Shown here: piece after piece, positions 1-10,267 of the stretch
Numbering within the stretch: the stretch's first letter is position 1
Layout of the letters: each line of letters begins with the position of its first letter
Assembly: GCA_046045865.1 (NCBI GenBank)
Contig: JBJOKY010000001.1
Span: 1-44,551 of the forward strand
Source of the DNA: Pseudomonadota bacterium
Lineage (GTDB): Bacteria; Pseudomonadota; Gammaproteobacteria; Burkholderiales; Burkholderiaceae_C
Direction of reading: 5' to 3'
Length of the DNA stretch: 44,551 nucleotides
Translations under genes and position numbers: made by a program
The notes under the pieces: model-generated
Told to the model about the DNA's origin: nothing
Databases searched by the model: none
What the model saw: only the letters and a program-made list of their open reading frames with translations

Positions 1-1055
1 CCTTCGCTGCCCATCACGAACAGGCAGCTGTTGCTCACCAGCTCCACCGGCGCGATGAGGCGCCAGGCGCCGTCGAAGAGCTGGGCGTTGAGCTCCTGCA
101 CCACGCGCGCGATCAGCGCCACCGGCGTGCCGCCCTGGTGCAGCAGGCGGATCAGGCCGGTGATCTGGCCGGCGGCGGTCTTGAGCCCGGTCAGGTCGGT
201 GGCTTCGAGGATCTGGCGCGTGATGAGGTAGCTGTGGTTGGACAGGAAGCTCAGCAGGTCGAGCTGGTCCAGCGTGCCCAGGATGGTGAGCGTGCCGTCC
301 TTGCCGCGCTCGGCCACCACCACGCGGCGCACCTTGTGGCGGATCATCACCGCCTGGGCATCGAACAGGTAGTCCTCGGGCGCCACCGTCACCAGCTTGA
401 AGGTGGCGAGCTGGCCGACGGCCAGTTCGGCCAGCGGCGTGCCGTGCAGGATGGCGCGCTGCAGCCCGGTGGTGGTGAAGATGCCCAGGCGCGGCGGCTC
501 CACCGTGCTGTCGCGCACCAGCACGTGGTCGGTGCGCGCGTCGGTGAACACGCGCACGACAGAGACGATGTCAGTGCTCGCTTCCACCGTCTGCACCGGC
601 CGCACCGCGGCCTGCGATACCCGCGCCAGGCTCAGCGACGACATCTCGTGGTGGCTGCCGCGCGCCGCCAGGGTGGAGAGCTTCTTGGACAGGTCGGCGA
701 ACAGCAGCGCGCCGAAGGTGGCGTTGCGCGAGATCAGGTCGGCCACCGTGCCGGCGGCGAGTTGGTAGGCCAGCACCTCCTCGCTGGCCACGAAGCGGCT
801 CGACACCCGCCCGGCCACCAGCGCGCGGCCGTCGAACACGTCGTCCGTGCCATAGGTCGGCCCGGCCTCCTCGCCGTCGAACTGCTGCACCTGGCCCTTG
901 ATCACCACGAAGAGGTGGGTGGGCTTCTCGCCCGGCTGCAGCACCACCTCGCCGGCGCGGAAGTAGGCGATGTCGAGGTGGTCCCGCACCATCTGCCTTT
1001 CCTCGTGGTCCAGGCTGTCGAAAGGCGAGGCGGCGAAGTTGAAGGCGCTGGGCAT
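1..1055 (-). CDS. cNMP-binding + CBS-pair + DUF294 nucleotidyltransferase-like protein; 3' part runs off the left edge
   Basis: Absent from the ORF track because it has no stop in the window. Hand translation from ATG 1055 gives MPSAFNFAASPFDSL...DIAYFRAGEVVLQPGEKPTHLFVVIKGQV (cNMP), LGIFTTTGL...AVMIRHKVRRVVV (CBS), and ends in frame at CLFVMGSEG, the DUF294 GSEGR motif. Confidence 0.9.
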   Translation of the reverse strand, partial: MPSAFNFAASPFDSLDHEERQMVRDHLDIAYFRAGEVVLQPGEKPTHLFVVIKGQVQQFDGEEAGPTYGTDDVFDGRALVAGRVSSRFVASEEVLAYQLAAGTVADLISRNATFGALLFADLSKKLSTLAARGSHHEMSSLSLARVSQAAVRPVQTVEASTDIVSVVRVFTDARTDHVLVRDSTVEPPRLGIFTTTGLQRAILHGTPLAELAVGQLATFKLVTVAPEDYLFDAQAVMIRHKVRRVVVAERGKDGTLTILGTLDQLDLLSFLSNHSYLITRQILEATDLTGLKTAAGQITGLIRLLHQGGTPVALIARVVQELNAQLFDGAWRLIAPVELVSNSCLFVMGSE

Positions 1056-1133
1056 GGTGGGGGCATGCTAGCCAGGGTGGGGCTGCGGGAGGCTGACGGG
1101 AGGCGGTGTCCCAAGGGACGAGGCGGAGCCGGA

Positions 1134-1358
1134 TCAGGCTGCCGGAAGACCGCTTACCCCCCGCCGGCTCGGCAACTGCACCAGCACCGCACATTTCCCC
1201 GCATCATCCAGCCGCGACCACACGACGATCTCGTCGATGGTGCGCAGGCAGCCGTCGCACCAACCCGTGAGGGGGTTCATGCGGCAGGTGTTGATGCAGG
1301 GCGAGGCGATGCGGCCCTGGGCGTCGCGCTTGAAGTCGGTCGGGGGCGGGGTGCTCAT
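1134..1358 (-). CDS. DUF1289 family small Cys-rich protein
   Basis: SPCINTCRMNPLTGWCDGCLRTIDEIVVWSRL motif. ATG 1358 overlaps the upstream stop (ATGA). Confidence 0.88.
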   Translation of the reverse strand: MSTPPPTDFKRDAQGRIASPCINTCRMNPLTGWCDGCLRTIDEIVVWSRLDDAGKCAVLVQLPSRRGVSGLPAA

Positions 1359-1900
1359 GCCGGAGCCTGCGCCTGCACCACGTCGGCCACCGGCGCACCG
1401 CCGGTCAGGCGCACGAGTTCGTCCGGGCTGGCCGGGAAGACACCGTTGGGGTGGCCGGCGGCGGCCCACACCACGTCGAAGCGGAACAGTTCGCGGTCGA
1501 TCAGCGTGACCGGCGCCTGGACGTGGCCGAGCGGTGCCACGCCGCCGATGGAGTAGCCGCTGCTGGCCTTCACGAAGTCGGCATCGGCGCGGCCCAGGCC
1601 ACCCGTGCCGGGCGGGCAGACCAGTGCGGCGACCTTGCGTTCGTCCACCCGCTTGTCGCCCGAGGTGACGACCAGCACCGCCCGGTCGTCGGCCTTGCGG
1701 CGGAACACCACGCTCTTGGCGATCTGGCCCAGGCTGATGCCCAGGGCGTCGGCCGCCTCCTGTGCTGTGCGGGCGGCAACCTGCAGCATGGTCGGCGCGT
1801 GTCCGTGGCCCAGTTCGGCGAGCAGCCGGCTCACATGGCGCACACCCGGGGGCAGGTGGCGGTCGTCGACGGGGCTGGCGCTGGAACTGCTTGTGTTCAT
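1355..1900 (-). CDS. YbaK/EbsC (ProX-like) aminoacyl-tRNA editing protein
   Basis: TAQEAADALG...QIAKSVVF...SGYSIGGVAPLGH...VWAAAGHPNGVF motifs. Alternative start at 1930. Confidence 0.9.
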   Translation of the reverse strand: MNTSSSSASPVDDRHLPPGVRHVSRLLAELGHGHAPTMLQVAARTAQEAADALGISLGQIAKSVVFRRKADDRAVLVVTSGDKRVDERKVAALVCPPGTGGLGRADADFVKASSGYSIGGVAPLGHVQAPVTLIDRELFRFDVVWAAAGHPNGVFPASPDELVRLTGGAPVADVVQAQAPA

Positions 1901-2188
1901 CGTGATCGGGCGCTGCGTGGTGGCCGCCATGTCGGCACGGCGTGGCTGAAATGGCGGTATTTCTATGACGCGGATGGGGTCTTGTCGATCGGCCCCCTGT
2001 TTCGGGGGCTACTCATCGCGTGCCGGCCGGCTTACCTTCGCCGCAGGGCGTGGGGCCACTCGTGCCATGCCGAACTGGTGGGCATGACCCGGTTGTTGCG
2101 GCTTTCACGCTCCCGTCATTGTTCCATCATCCCCCGCCAGCCGTCTGACCGCCACGTGCCAGACACGGCACAGCGCATCGTCTTCATC

Positions 2189-2713
2189 ATGGTCAAACTA
2201 GTCGTCTACCGTCGTGTGCCGCGTGTCGTGATCGACAACGGCCTGGTGCTGGCCGCCCTGGTCTTCGGTGGTGGTGCGCCGGCCCGCCTGCGTACAGCCT
2301 GGCAGACCCAGCGCCTGCGCCCCATGATGTGCATGGCCACGCTCTACGATCTGCACTGCCGACTGGCGGCGCCCGAGCTGGGCCTGTCCAGCCATGAACG
2401 CCAGCGCCTGCTCGACGACTACCTGCCGCACGTGAAGCGTGTGCACCTGGCACCGCGCGAAGGGGTGGCCGCCGTACAGGACCCGCCGGCCATGGTGATG
2501 GTGCGCCTGGCCGCTGCCGTGCGGGCCCACGCCATCGTCACGGCCGACGCCGAACTGCTGGCACTGCACGGCAGGCTGGGTTGCCCGGTGGTGACGCTGG
2601 AGACCATGCTCGACGACCTGCCGGTGTCGCGCAGCCACGGCCAGCCCGCGCCGGCAGGCCTGCATCAGCCGGCACAGCTTCACCCGCACGGATCACATCG
2701 CCGCGCGGCCTGA
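2189..2713 (+). CDS. PIN-domain protein (PIN_3 type) with a degenerate active site
   Basis: RVVIDNGLVLAAL, QDPPA and AHAIVTADAELLAL align with the PIN_3 motifs VVLDTNVLVSAL, RDPDD and IVTGDKDLL. Confidence 0.7.
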   Translation: MVKLVVYRRVPRVVIDNGLVLAALVFGGGAPARLRTAWQTQRLRPMMCMATLYDLHCRLAAPELGLSSHERQRLLDDYLPHVKRVHLAPREGVAAVQDPPAMVMVRLAAAVRAHAIVTADAELLALHGRLGCPVVTLETMLDDLPVSRSHGQPAPAGLHQPAQLHPHGSHRRAA

Positions 2714-2742
2714 GCCGCAACGCCGGTGATCCGGCTGGCCGC

Positions 2743-5397
2743 TCAGCCCTTGGCCGTCGCCTTCGCGGCGGCCTTCTTGGCCGGAACGCGCGCTGCACGC
2801 GGCTCGAACTCGAAGCTGACCTTGCCTTCCTTCTTGTCATAGACGAGGAAGGCCTTGAACTTGCGCCGTGTCTTGTTCGACACGAAGCCGTCCAGCAGGT
2901 CGGTCTTGCCGCTGGCCAGCAGCTTGCCCATCTGCTCGTGGTTCACGGCCTGCTGCAGGATGATGCGGCCGGTCTTGAAGTCGCAGGTCTGTGGTGCGCC
3001 CACGGCGTGTTCGCACACATAGCTCGTGCCGTGTTCGTAGACATGGCTCCTGCACTTGGGGCAGGCGCCCAGGCTCTGCTGGTCACTGAAGTCGACCGGC
3101 TCGCCGTCCTCCTGGTCCTTCCTGGCATCCTCGCCGAAGTCGAACTCGAGCTTCCAGTTCCTGATCTCGTCGTCGCGCACCAGCTTGAGCTCGGCCGTGA
3201 ACGGCCAGCCGGCCTTGGAGCGGAAACCCTCCAGCGGGCCGATCTTGTGGTCGCGCAGCAGGGCATCGGCCTCGTGCAGCTCGAAGCTGCGCGCGCCGGG
3301 GATCTTGGTGATGGAAAAACCGCAGCCCGGGCCTTCCTGGCCCTCCACATGCACGTGGCTCGCACCTTCCTTGCCCATGCAGGTGAAGCGGCGGTAGTTC
3401 TCCTTCACCAGGCCGCCACAGTTGGGGCAGGGTGTGGCCAGCGTGGCGTAGTCGCCCGGGATGGTGTCGCGGTCGTACTCCTTGGCCTTGCGCACGATGC
3501 GCTGGGCCATGTCGGCGATGCCGGCCATGAACTCGGCCCGGCTCAAGCGGCCCTTCTCCATCTCGGTGAGCTGGTGCTCCCACTGGCCGGTCAGCTCGGG
3601 CTTGGTCAGGTCTTCCACCGCCAGGCCGCGCAGCAGGGTCATGAGCTGGAAGGCCTTGGCCGTGGGCACCAGGTCGCGGCCTTCGCGCAGCATGTACTTC
3701 TCAAGGATCAGGCCTTCGATCACCGTGGCGCGCGTGGCTGGCGTGCCCAGGCCCTTCTCCTGCATGGCGGCCTTGAACTCCTCGTCGTCGATGAGCTTGC
3801 CCGCCCCTTCCATCGCGCTGAGCAGCGTGGCTTCGGTGTAGCGCGCCGGCGGGCGGGTCTTGAGTGCGATGACGTCGATCTTCTCGTTCCTCACCGTCTC
3901 GTTGGGCTGAACCGCCACGAGGTTGGCGTCCTCGTCCTGCGCCTCCTTGCCGTACACGGCCAGCCAGCCGGGGTTGACCAGCACCTTGCCGTTGGTCTGG
4001 AAGTGGTGCGTTTCCTTGCCCTTGCTCGTGGCGACATCGACCTTGGTGATGCGCGTCGTGACCATGTATTCGGCCGACGGGTAGAACACCGCGATGAAGC
4101 GCTTGACGACCATGTCGTAGAGCTTGGCCTCGAGCTCGCTCAGGCTGCGCGGGGCCTGCAGCGTGGGGATGATGGCGAAGTGGTCCGACACCTTGGCGTT
4201 GTCGAACACCCGCTTGGTCGGCTTCACGTAGCCGGCCGCCAGGGCCTTGTTGGCGTGGGTGGCCAGGTCGCGCAGCGGGCCGGGCAGGTCCTCGCCGGCG
4301 ATCATGTTCAAGGTTTCCCTGGCCACCGGCACATAGTCCTCGGGCAGGGCGCGTGAATCGGTCCGCGGGTAGGTCAGCACCTTGTGCTTCTCGTACAGCG
4401 CCTGGGCGATGGACAAGGTGGTCTTGGCCGAGAAGCCGAAGCGCGAGTTGGCCTCGCGCTGCAGCGTGGTCAGGTCATAGAGCAGCGGGCTGGCCTGACT
4501 GCTGGGCTTGGCTTCCTCGGTGACCGTGCCGGACTTGCCGCGCACGGCATCGGCGATGGCATGGGCATCGGCTGCGTTCCACAGGCGGTCGGCGCGCTTG
4601 TCCGGATCAACCTCCTCGCCATCCTTGCCGGTCGCCTTGTCCTTCTTGAACCTGGGGTCGAACCACTTGGCGTCGTAGCTGCCGGCGGCGCAGCCGAAGC
4701 CGGCCTTGAGCTCCCAGTAGTCGCGCGAGACGTGTTTCCTGATCTTCTCCTCGCGCTCCACCACGATCGAGAGCGTGGGCGTCTGCACCCGGCCCACGGT
4801 GGTCAGGAAGAAGCCGCCGTCGCGCGAGTTGAAGGCCGTCATGGCACGCGTGCCGTTGATGCCGACCAGCCAGTCGGCCTCGCTGCGGCTGCGGGCGGCG
4901 TCGCTCAGGCCCTTGAGCTCGGCGTCGCTGCGCAGGCGCTCGAAGCCGTCGCGGATGGCCTGCGGCGTCATGCTCTGCAGCCACAGCCGCGTGACCGGCT
5001 TGCTGCCCACCTTGGCACCCAGCGCGTACTGCTCGATGAGGCGGAAGATCAGTTCGCCCTCGCGCCCCGCGTCACAGGCATTGATGAGCGAGGTCACGTC
5101 CTTGCGCTTGATGAGCCGCACCACGGCCGACAGGCGCGCCTTGTTCTTGTCGATGGGCTCCAGGTCGAAGTGCGGCGGAACGACGGGCAGATGGGCGAAG
5201 CTCCACTTGCCGCGCTTGACGTCGTATTCCTCCGGCGCCTTGATCTCGACCAGATGACCCACAGCCGAGGTGACCACGTAGTGCTCGTTCTCGAAATGGT
5301 CGGCCAGCTTCTCGAACTTGCCCGACTGCGGCGTGAGGGCGCGCACGATGTCCTGCGCGACCGATGGTTTTTCTGCAATGACGAGGGCTTTGCTCAT
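2743..5397 (-). CDS. topB: DNA topoisomerase III
   Basis: IAEKPSVA, DAGREGELIF, VGRVQTPTL, catalytic TYPRTDS, GLGTPATRA, Cys-rich C-terminal repeats. Start placed at MSKAL (5397). Confidence 0.96.
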   Translation of the reverse strand: MSKALVIAEKPSVAQDIVRALTPQSGKFEKLADHFENEHYVVTSAVGHLVEIKAPEEYDVKRGKWSFAHLPVVPPHFDLEPIDKNKARLSAVVRLIKRKDVTSLINACDAGREGELIFRLIEQYALGAKVGSKPVTRLWLQSMTPQAIRDGFERLRSDAELKGLSDAARSRSEADWLVGINGTRAMTAFNSRDGGFFLTTVGRVQTPTLSIVVEREEKIRKHVSRDYWELKAGFGCAAGSYDAKWFDPRFKKDKATGKDGEEVDPDKRADRLWNAADAHAIADAVRGKSGTVTEEAKPSSQASPLLYDLTTLQREANSRFGFSAKTTLSIAQALYEKHKVLTYPRTDSRALPEDYVPVARETLNMIAGEDLPGPLRDLATHANKALAAGYVKPTKRVFDNAKVSDHFAIIPTLQAPRSLSELEAKLYDMVVKRFIAVFYPSAEYMVTTRITKVDVATSKGKETHHFQTNGKVLVNPGWLAVYGKEAQDEDANLVAVQPNETVRNEKIDVIALKTRPPARYTEATLLSAMEGAGKLIDDEEFKAAMQEKGLGTPATRATVIEGLILEKYMLREGRDLVPTAKAFQLMTLLRGLAVEDLTKPELTGQWEHQLTEMEKGRLSRAEFMAGIADMAQRIVRKAKEYDRDTIPGDYATLATPCPNCGGLVKENYRRFTCMGKEGASHVHVEGQEGPGCGFSITKIPGARSFELHEADALLRDHKIGPLEGFRSKAGWPFTAELKLVRDDEIRNWKLEFDFGEDARKDQEDGEPVDFSDQQSLGACPKCRSHVYEHGTSYVCEHAVGAPQTCDFKTGRIILQQAVNHEQMGKLLASGKTDLLDGFVSNKTRRKFKAFLVYDKKEGKVSFEFEPRAARVPAKKAAAKATAKG

Positions 5398-5512
5398 GGC
5401 TTGTGTATCTGTCTGTCCTGCGGTCCGCCGGTCGCTCAATACAATCCGGCCAGTCTTGCGCGCGCGCATGTGCGCACGCCCACCCCTTCAATCTAACCAA
5501 TATAGCCGCCGC

Positions 5513-6055
5513 ATGAGTCGAGCCGAGCGTGTCAGCCGCCGCATCACGCCCCGAACGGGGGACGCCACCGATGCCGAGCCCACCGTCACGCCGGCCCCCG
5601 AGGCCCCCCGCGGCAAGCGCATCCAGGTGCGGCGCTCAGGCATCCACGGCAAGGGCGTGTTCGCGCTGGTGCCGCTGAAGAAGGGCGAGACCCTGATCGA
5701 ATACAAGGGCGAGGTCATCAGCTGGGACGAGGCGCTGCGCCGCCATCCGCACGACCCCGATCAGCCCGACCATACCTTCTACTTCCACCTCGACGACGGC
5801 CGGGTCATCGACGGCAAGCATGGCGGCAACTCCTCGCGCTGGATCAACCACTCCTGCGCGCCCAACTGCGAGGCCGAGGACGACAACGGCCGCATCTTCA
5901 TCAAGGCGCTGCGCAACATCAAGGCGGGTGCCGAGCTGTTCTTCGACTACCAGCTCATCATCGACGAGCGCTACACCGCCAAGCTCAAGGCGCGGTATGC
6001 CTGCTGGTGCGGCGCCAGGAGCTGCCGCGGCACGATGCTCGCGCCCAAGGACTGA
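5513..6055 (+). CDS. SET-domain protein-lysine methyltransferase with post-SET motif
   Basis: SGIHGKGVFA, RWINHSCAPNC, ELFFDY and CWCGARSCRG. Confidence 0.93.
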   Translation: MSRAERVSRRITPRTGDATDAEPTVTPAPEAPRGKRIQVRRSGIHGKGVFALVPLKKGETLIEYKGEVISWDEALRRHPHDPDQPDHTFYFHLDDGRVIDGKHGGNSSRWINHSCAPNCEAEDDNGRIFIKALRNIKAGAELFFDYQLIIDERYTAKLKARYACWCGARSCRGTMLAPKD

Positions 6056-6071
6056 GGGCGTGACCACCACG

Positions 6072-6935
6072 ATGGCCATGGGCCCGGACTGGCGGGCCGA
6101 AGACCTCTGGCTGGCCAGCCGCGCGCTGGTCGAGGGCCTGTCCATCGAGCTGCTGCCCGAGGCCGGCTCGACCAACGCCGACGCGCTGGCGCGCCTGCGC
6201 AGCGGCGACGCCGGCCCTGGCCTCATCGTCGCCGAACGCCAGACGGCCGGGCGCGGCCGGCTGGGCCGGCCCTGGTGGTCGGCGCCCGGCGCCAGCCTGA
6301 CCTTCAGCCTGGCGCTGCCGCTGGCCCCCGCCGACTGGGGCGGGCTGTCGCTGGCCGTGGGTCTGGCGGTGGCCGAGGCGCTGGATCCGCTGCGTGACGG
6401 CCAGGCGCCCCGCATCGGCCTGAAGTGGCCGAACGACCTGTGGCTGCTGGACGGCGAACGCAAGCTGGCCGGCATCCTGATCGAGACTGCGGCTTTGCCC
6501 GCAGGCCTGCCAGCGCCCGTCGTCTGGCCCGGGCAGGCGGCATCGGCCGGGGCGCGCCACACCGTCATCGGCATCGGCGTGAACATCGCCGCCCGGCCTG
6601 ACGCCGCGACCGGCGACCGTCGCACCTTCGGCAGCGGCTACGCCGGCCTGCAGGAGATCGACACCGCGCTGGACGCCCCTGCCGCCCTGGCCCGCCTGCT
6701 GCCCGGCCTGCTGCACACGCTGCGGCGCTTCGAGCAGCAGGGCTGGGCGCCGCTGCGCCCGGCCTATGCCCGGCGCGACCTGCTGGCCGGCCGTACGGTG
6801 CAGGCCGGCGACCTGCGCGGCCGGGCCGCCGGCGTGGACGCGCAAGGTGCGCTGCTGCTGGATGTCGCCGCGCCGGGCGAGCCTGCCCGGTTGCAGCCCG
6901 TGCTGGCCGGCGACGTGAGCGTGCGTCCATGCTGA
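6072..6935 (+). CDS. birA: Biotin--[acetyl-CoA-carboxylase] ligase, group I (no HTH)
   Basis: STN, AERQTAGRGR, LKWPNDL, KLAGILIE and GIGVN. Start could be 6060, 6072 or 6078. Confidence 0.93.
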   Translation: MAMGPDWRAEDLWLASRALVEGLSIELLPEAGSTNADALARLRSGDAGPGLIVAERQTAGRGRLGRPWWSAPGASLTFSLALPLAPADWGGLSLAVGLAVAEALDPLRDGQAPRIGLKWPNDLWLLDGERKLAGILIETAALPAGLPAPVVWPGQAASAGARHTVIGIGVNIAARPDAATGDRRTFGSGYAGLQEIDTALDAPAALARLLPGLLHTLRRFEQQGWAPLRPAYARRDLLAGRTVQAGDLRGRAAGVDAQGALLLDVAAPGEPARLQPVLAGDVSVRPC

Positions 6936-7576
6936 GAGCCCTTGCCGTGCTGCTCCTGGTGGCCAACCTCGCTGTCTTCGGCTGGACCCAGGGCTGGCTG
7001 GTCGGGCTGATCGGCCAGGGCCCCGACAGCGACCGCGAGCCGCGCCGCCTGGCGGCCCAGGTCAACGCCGACAGCATCAAGGTGATCAACCCGGCGACCC
7101 TGGCGCGGCTGCAGAACCAGACCGTGTGCCTGGAGGCCGGCCCCTTCAGCCAGGCCGAGCTGGTGCAGATCGACAGCCTGGCGCGCTCTGCCCTGCCCGA
7201 AGGCAGCTGGAGCCTGCTCACGCGCGAGAAGCCGGGCAGCTGGCTGATCTACATGGGCAAGTTCCCGAACCGCGAGGCGATGCAGCGCAAGGCTGACGAG
7301 CTCAAGCGCCTGAACGTGGCCTTCGAGGAACTGCGCGGCCCTGCCGAGCTGCTGCCCGGCTTGGGAATGGGCCGCTTCGGCCGCAGCGACGAGGCGCAGG
7401 AAAGCCTGCGCCGCCTGGTCGAGCGCCGCGTGCGCAGCGCCAAGGTCGTGCAGCTGGTGGCGCCCAGCGTCAGCCACCACCTGCGCGTGCCCAAGGCCGA
7501 CGCAGCCCTGCAGGCCAGCGCGGCCAGTCTGCGCGACCAGCTTCTGGGCAAGCCCTTCGGCGCCTGCGACAGGTAG
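6929..7576 (+). CDS. SPOR-domain membrane-anchored protein
   Basis: N-terminal TM (LLLVANLAVFGW), REPRRLAAQVNAD, CLEAGPF and a SPOR-like C-terminus. Overlaps the birA stop. Confidence 0.75.
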   Translation: MLRALAVLLLVANLAVFGWTQGWLVGLIGQGPDSDREPRRLAAQVNADSIKVINPATLARLQNQTVCLEAGPFSQAELVQIDSLARSALPEGSWSLLTREKPGSWLIYMGKFPNREAMQRKADELKRLNVAFEELRGPAELLPGLGMGRFGRSDEAQESLRRLVERRVRSAKVVQLVAPSVSHHLRVPKADAALQASAASLRDQLLGKPFGACDR

Positions 7577-7647
7577 GGCGGGCTGGGCGGGGAGGCTGGT
7601 CCCGCCTGACCGGGTGTCGCGGCCTCGCCCCATGTCAGGGCGATGTC

Positions 7648-7686
7648 GGCGCTGCAATGGTGCGCGGACCGCACTCGGGGCAAGCG
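7648..7686 (+). promoter_or_regulatory. Candidate tandem NtrC-type enhancer sites
   Basis: GGCGCTGCAATGGTGCG (7648-7664) and CGCACTCGGGGCAAGCG (7670-7686). Each has one good half of TGCACCA-N3-TGGTGCA and they lie about 120-160 bp upstream of the sigma54 motif. Confidence 0.35.
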
Positions 7687-7806
7687 CGCACCGGCCGGCC
7701 GCCGAACGGCGCCCGACCTGACCCGTGACCCAATGCTCGAACCGTGCCCGCGCTGCCCACGCGGTTGGCCGACCCACCCCGGAGTCACGGGGGTAGGCCT
7801 CGAAGC

Positions 7807-7822
7807 TGGCAGATCCCCTGCA
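7807..7822 (+). promoter_or_regulatory. Candidate sigma54 (-24/-12) promoter of the amt operon
   Basis: TGGCAGATCCCCTGCA has exact GG-N10-GC spacing with TGGCA and TGCA flanks, 93 bp before the amt ATG. Confidence 0.6.
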
Positions 7823-7915
7823 TGCACGAGCGGCAGACCGGCGTGCCGCGGACCTGTTCGTCAGGCTCCGGAGGTGACCGGTGTTGTCCCTCCCACTTCG
7901 AAAAGAGCAGCTGAC

Positions 7916-9130
<1,215 letters not shown>

Positions 9131-9131
9131 G

Positions 9132-10202
9132 ATGGCAGACCCGACAACTCTCGCGCGCCGCCGTCGGGCGGCCTGCGCCGTGCTCGAAGGCGTGCTCGGT
9201 GACGACGAGCTGCTGGCCGCGCTGTGGCTGCAGCACGACAGCATGGTGGGCGAGGCGGTGAGCGACATCATCCGCTACGTCGACGCCGTGGCCGAGCGCC
9301 ACCAGCTCGACGCGGGCACGCGCAAGCGGCTGTACGACGCCCTGCACAGGGCCTTGCGCCGTTCCGACGCCGAGCTGCCCATCGACCCCTGGCCGGCCAT
9401 GCTGGCCGTGCGGCCGGTGCCTGCACCGGTGGCTACGCCGCGCGCCGTGAGTCCGCCCATGCGCGGCGTCGTGCCCGCGCACGCGGCGCCGGTCCATCCT
9501 GCGCCCTACCCGCCGCCGTACCCGCAGCCATATCCCGGACAACATCCCGGGACATATCCCGGGCAGCGGCAGGGCGCGTCCGCTGCACCGGTCTATCCGC
9601 CCGCCTATCCCACGGGCCAGCCGGCGGCCTATCCGCCGGTCATGCAGACGCCGGGCTTTCCGCAGTCCTATCCTGCGGCCTATGCGGCCCCGGTACAGCC
9701 ACCGGCCGCGTCTGCGGCGGCCATGCTGCCCGAATCCCAGCCGGTCGCCACCGCAGGGCAGGCGCCCGCGGCAGCGGTCACGCCGTCCGACGGTGGCTGG
9801 ACACCCGAGTCGGGCGTACCCGCCGAACAGGCGGTGTTCGCCGCGCTCGTCGGCGCCATTGCCGACGCGATCGCCCAGACCCATCCAGGGGATTTCGACG
9901 ACTGGCGCGGCAGCTGGCTGGCCCTGCTGAAGGCGCAGAAGAAGCAGTTGCCGGCCGAGCTGCAGGCCCGCCTGGTGAGGGCCTGCGGTGCCCTGGCGCC
10001 CACCCAGGACGCCGAGGCGCGCCGCCAGGCATGGCAGCTCGCGCTGCCTGCCAGGCAGCTGGCCGAGCAGGTGCACCAGCTCTATGTGGCCTTGTGCGAG
10101 GCGCTTGGTCCGGTGAGCGCCGACCAGGTGCTCACCCGGGCTGTCAGGCAGGTGGAGTCCACGCCGCCAGCGCGGCTGTTCTCGCCGCGCAAGCTGCTCT
10201 GA
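9132..10202 (+). CDS. Hypothetical protein: two helical domains joined by a Pro/Tyr/Ala-rich linker
   Basis: Starts 1 nt after the amt stop with host-like codon usage. C-terminal motif LYVALCEALGPVSADQVL. Confidence 0.8.
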   Translation: MADPTTLARRRRAACAVLEGVLGDDELLAALWLQHDSMVGEAVSDIIRYVDAVAERHQLDAGTRKRLYDALHRALRRSDAELPIDPWPAMLAVRPVPAPVATPRAVSPPMRGVVPAHAAPVHPAPYPPPYPQPYPGQHPGTYPGQRQGASAAPVYPPAYPTGQPAAYPPVMQTPGFPQSYPAAYAAPVQPPAASAAAMLPESQPVATAGQAPAAAVTPSDGGWTPESGVPAEQAVFAALVGAIADAIAQTHPGDFDDWRGSWLALLKAQKKQLPAELQARLVRACGALAPTQDAEARRQAWQLALPARQLAEQVHQLYVALCEALGPVSADQVLTRAVRQVESTPPARLFSPRKLL

Positions 10203-10267
10203 ACGCGGCGGCGGCCTTGCTGCTCCCGCGTGCCTGCTGGCGCTGACACGGCCGGGGCGCGCCGGAA

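Noticed and set aside
138-1556. 472-aa plus-strand ORF, and similar long ORFs such as 2581-4356, 6764-9271, 24348-25982 and 34462-36399
   Set aside because: Antisense or off-frame shadows of well-supported genes, expected in high-GC DNA, with no family motifs.
1451-2188. Long N-terminal extension of the PIN ORF in the ORF track
   Set aside because: It overlaps ybaK antisense; PIN similarity starts only near 2189.
7643-7915. 91-aa N-terminal extension of Amt as a possible extra domain
   Set aside because: It spans the sigma54 promoter and has non-coding composition; Amt homology begins at MNEYV.
9500-9700. Short repeated units (TATCCCGG, TATCCG) as a possible CRISPR or tandem DNA repeat
   Set aside because: Degenerate codon repeats of the Tyr-Pro linker, with no constant repeat-spacer structure.
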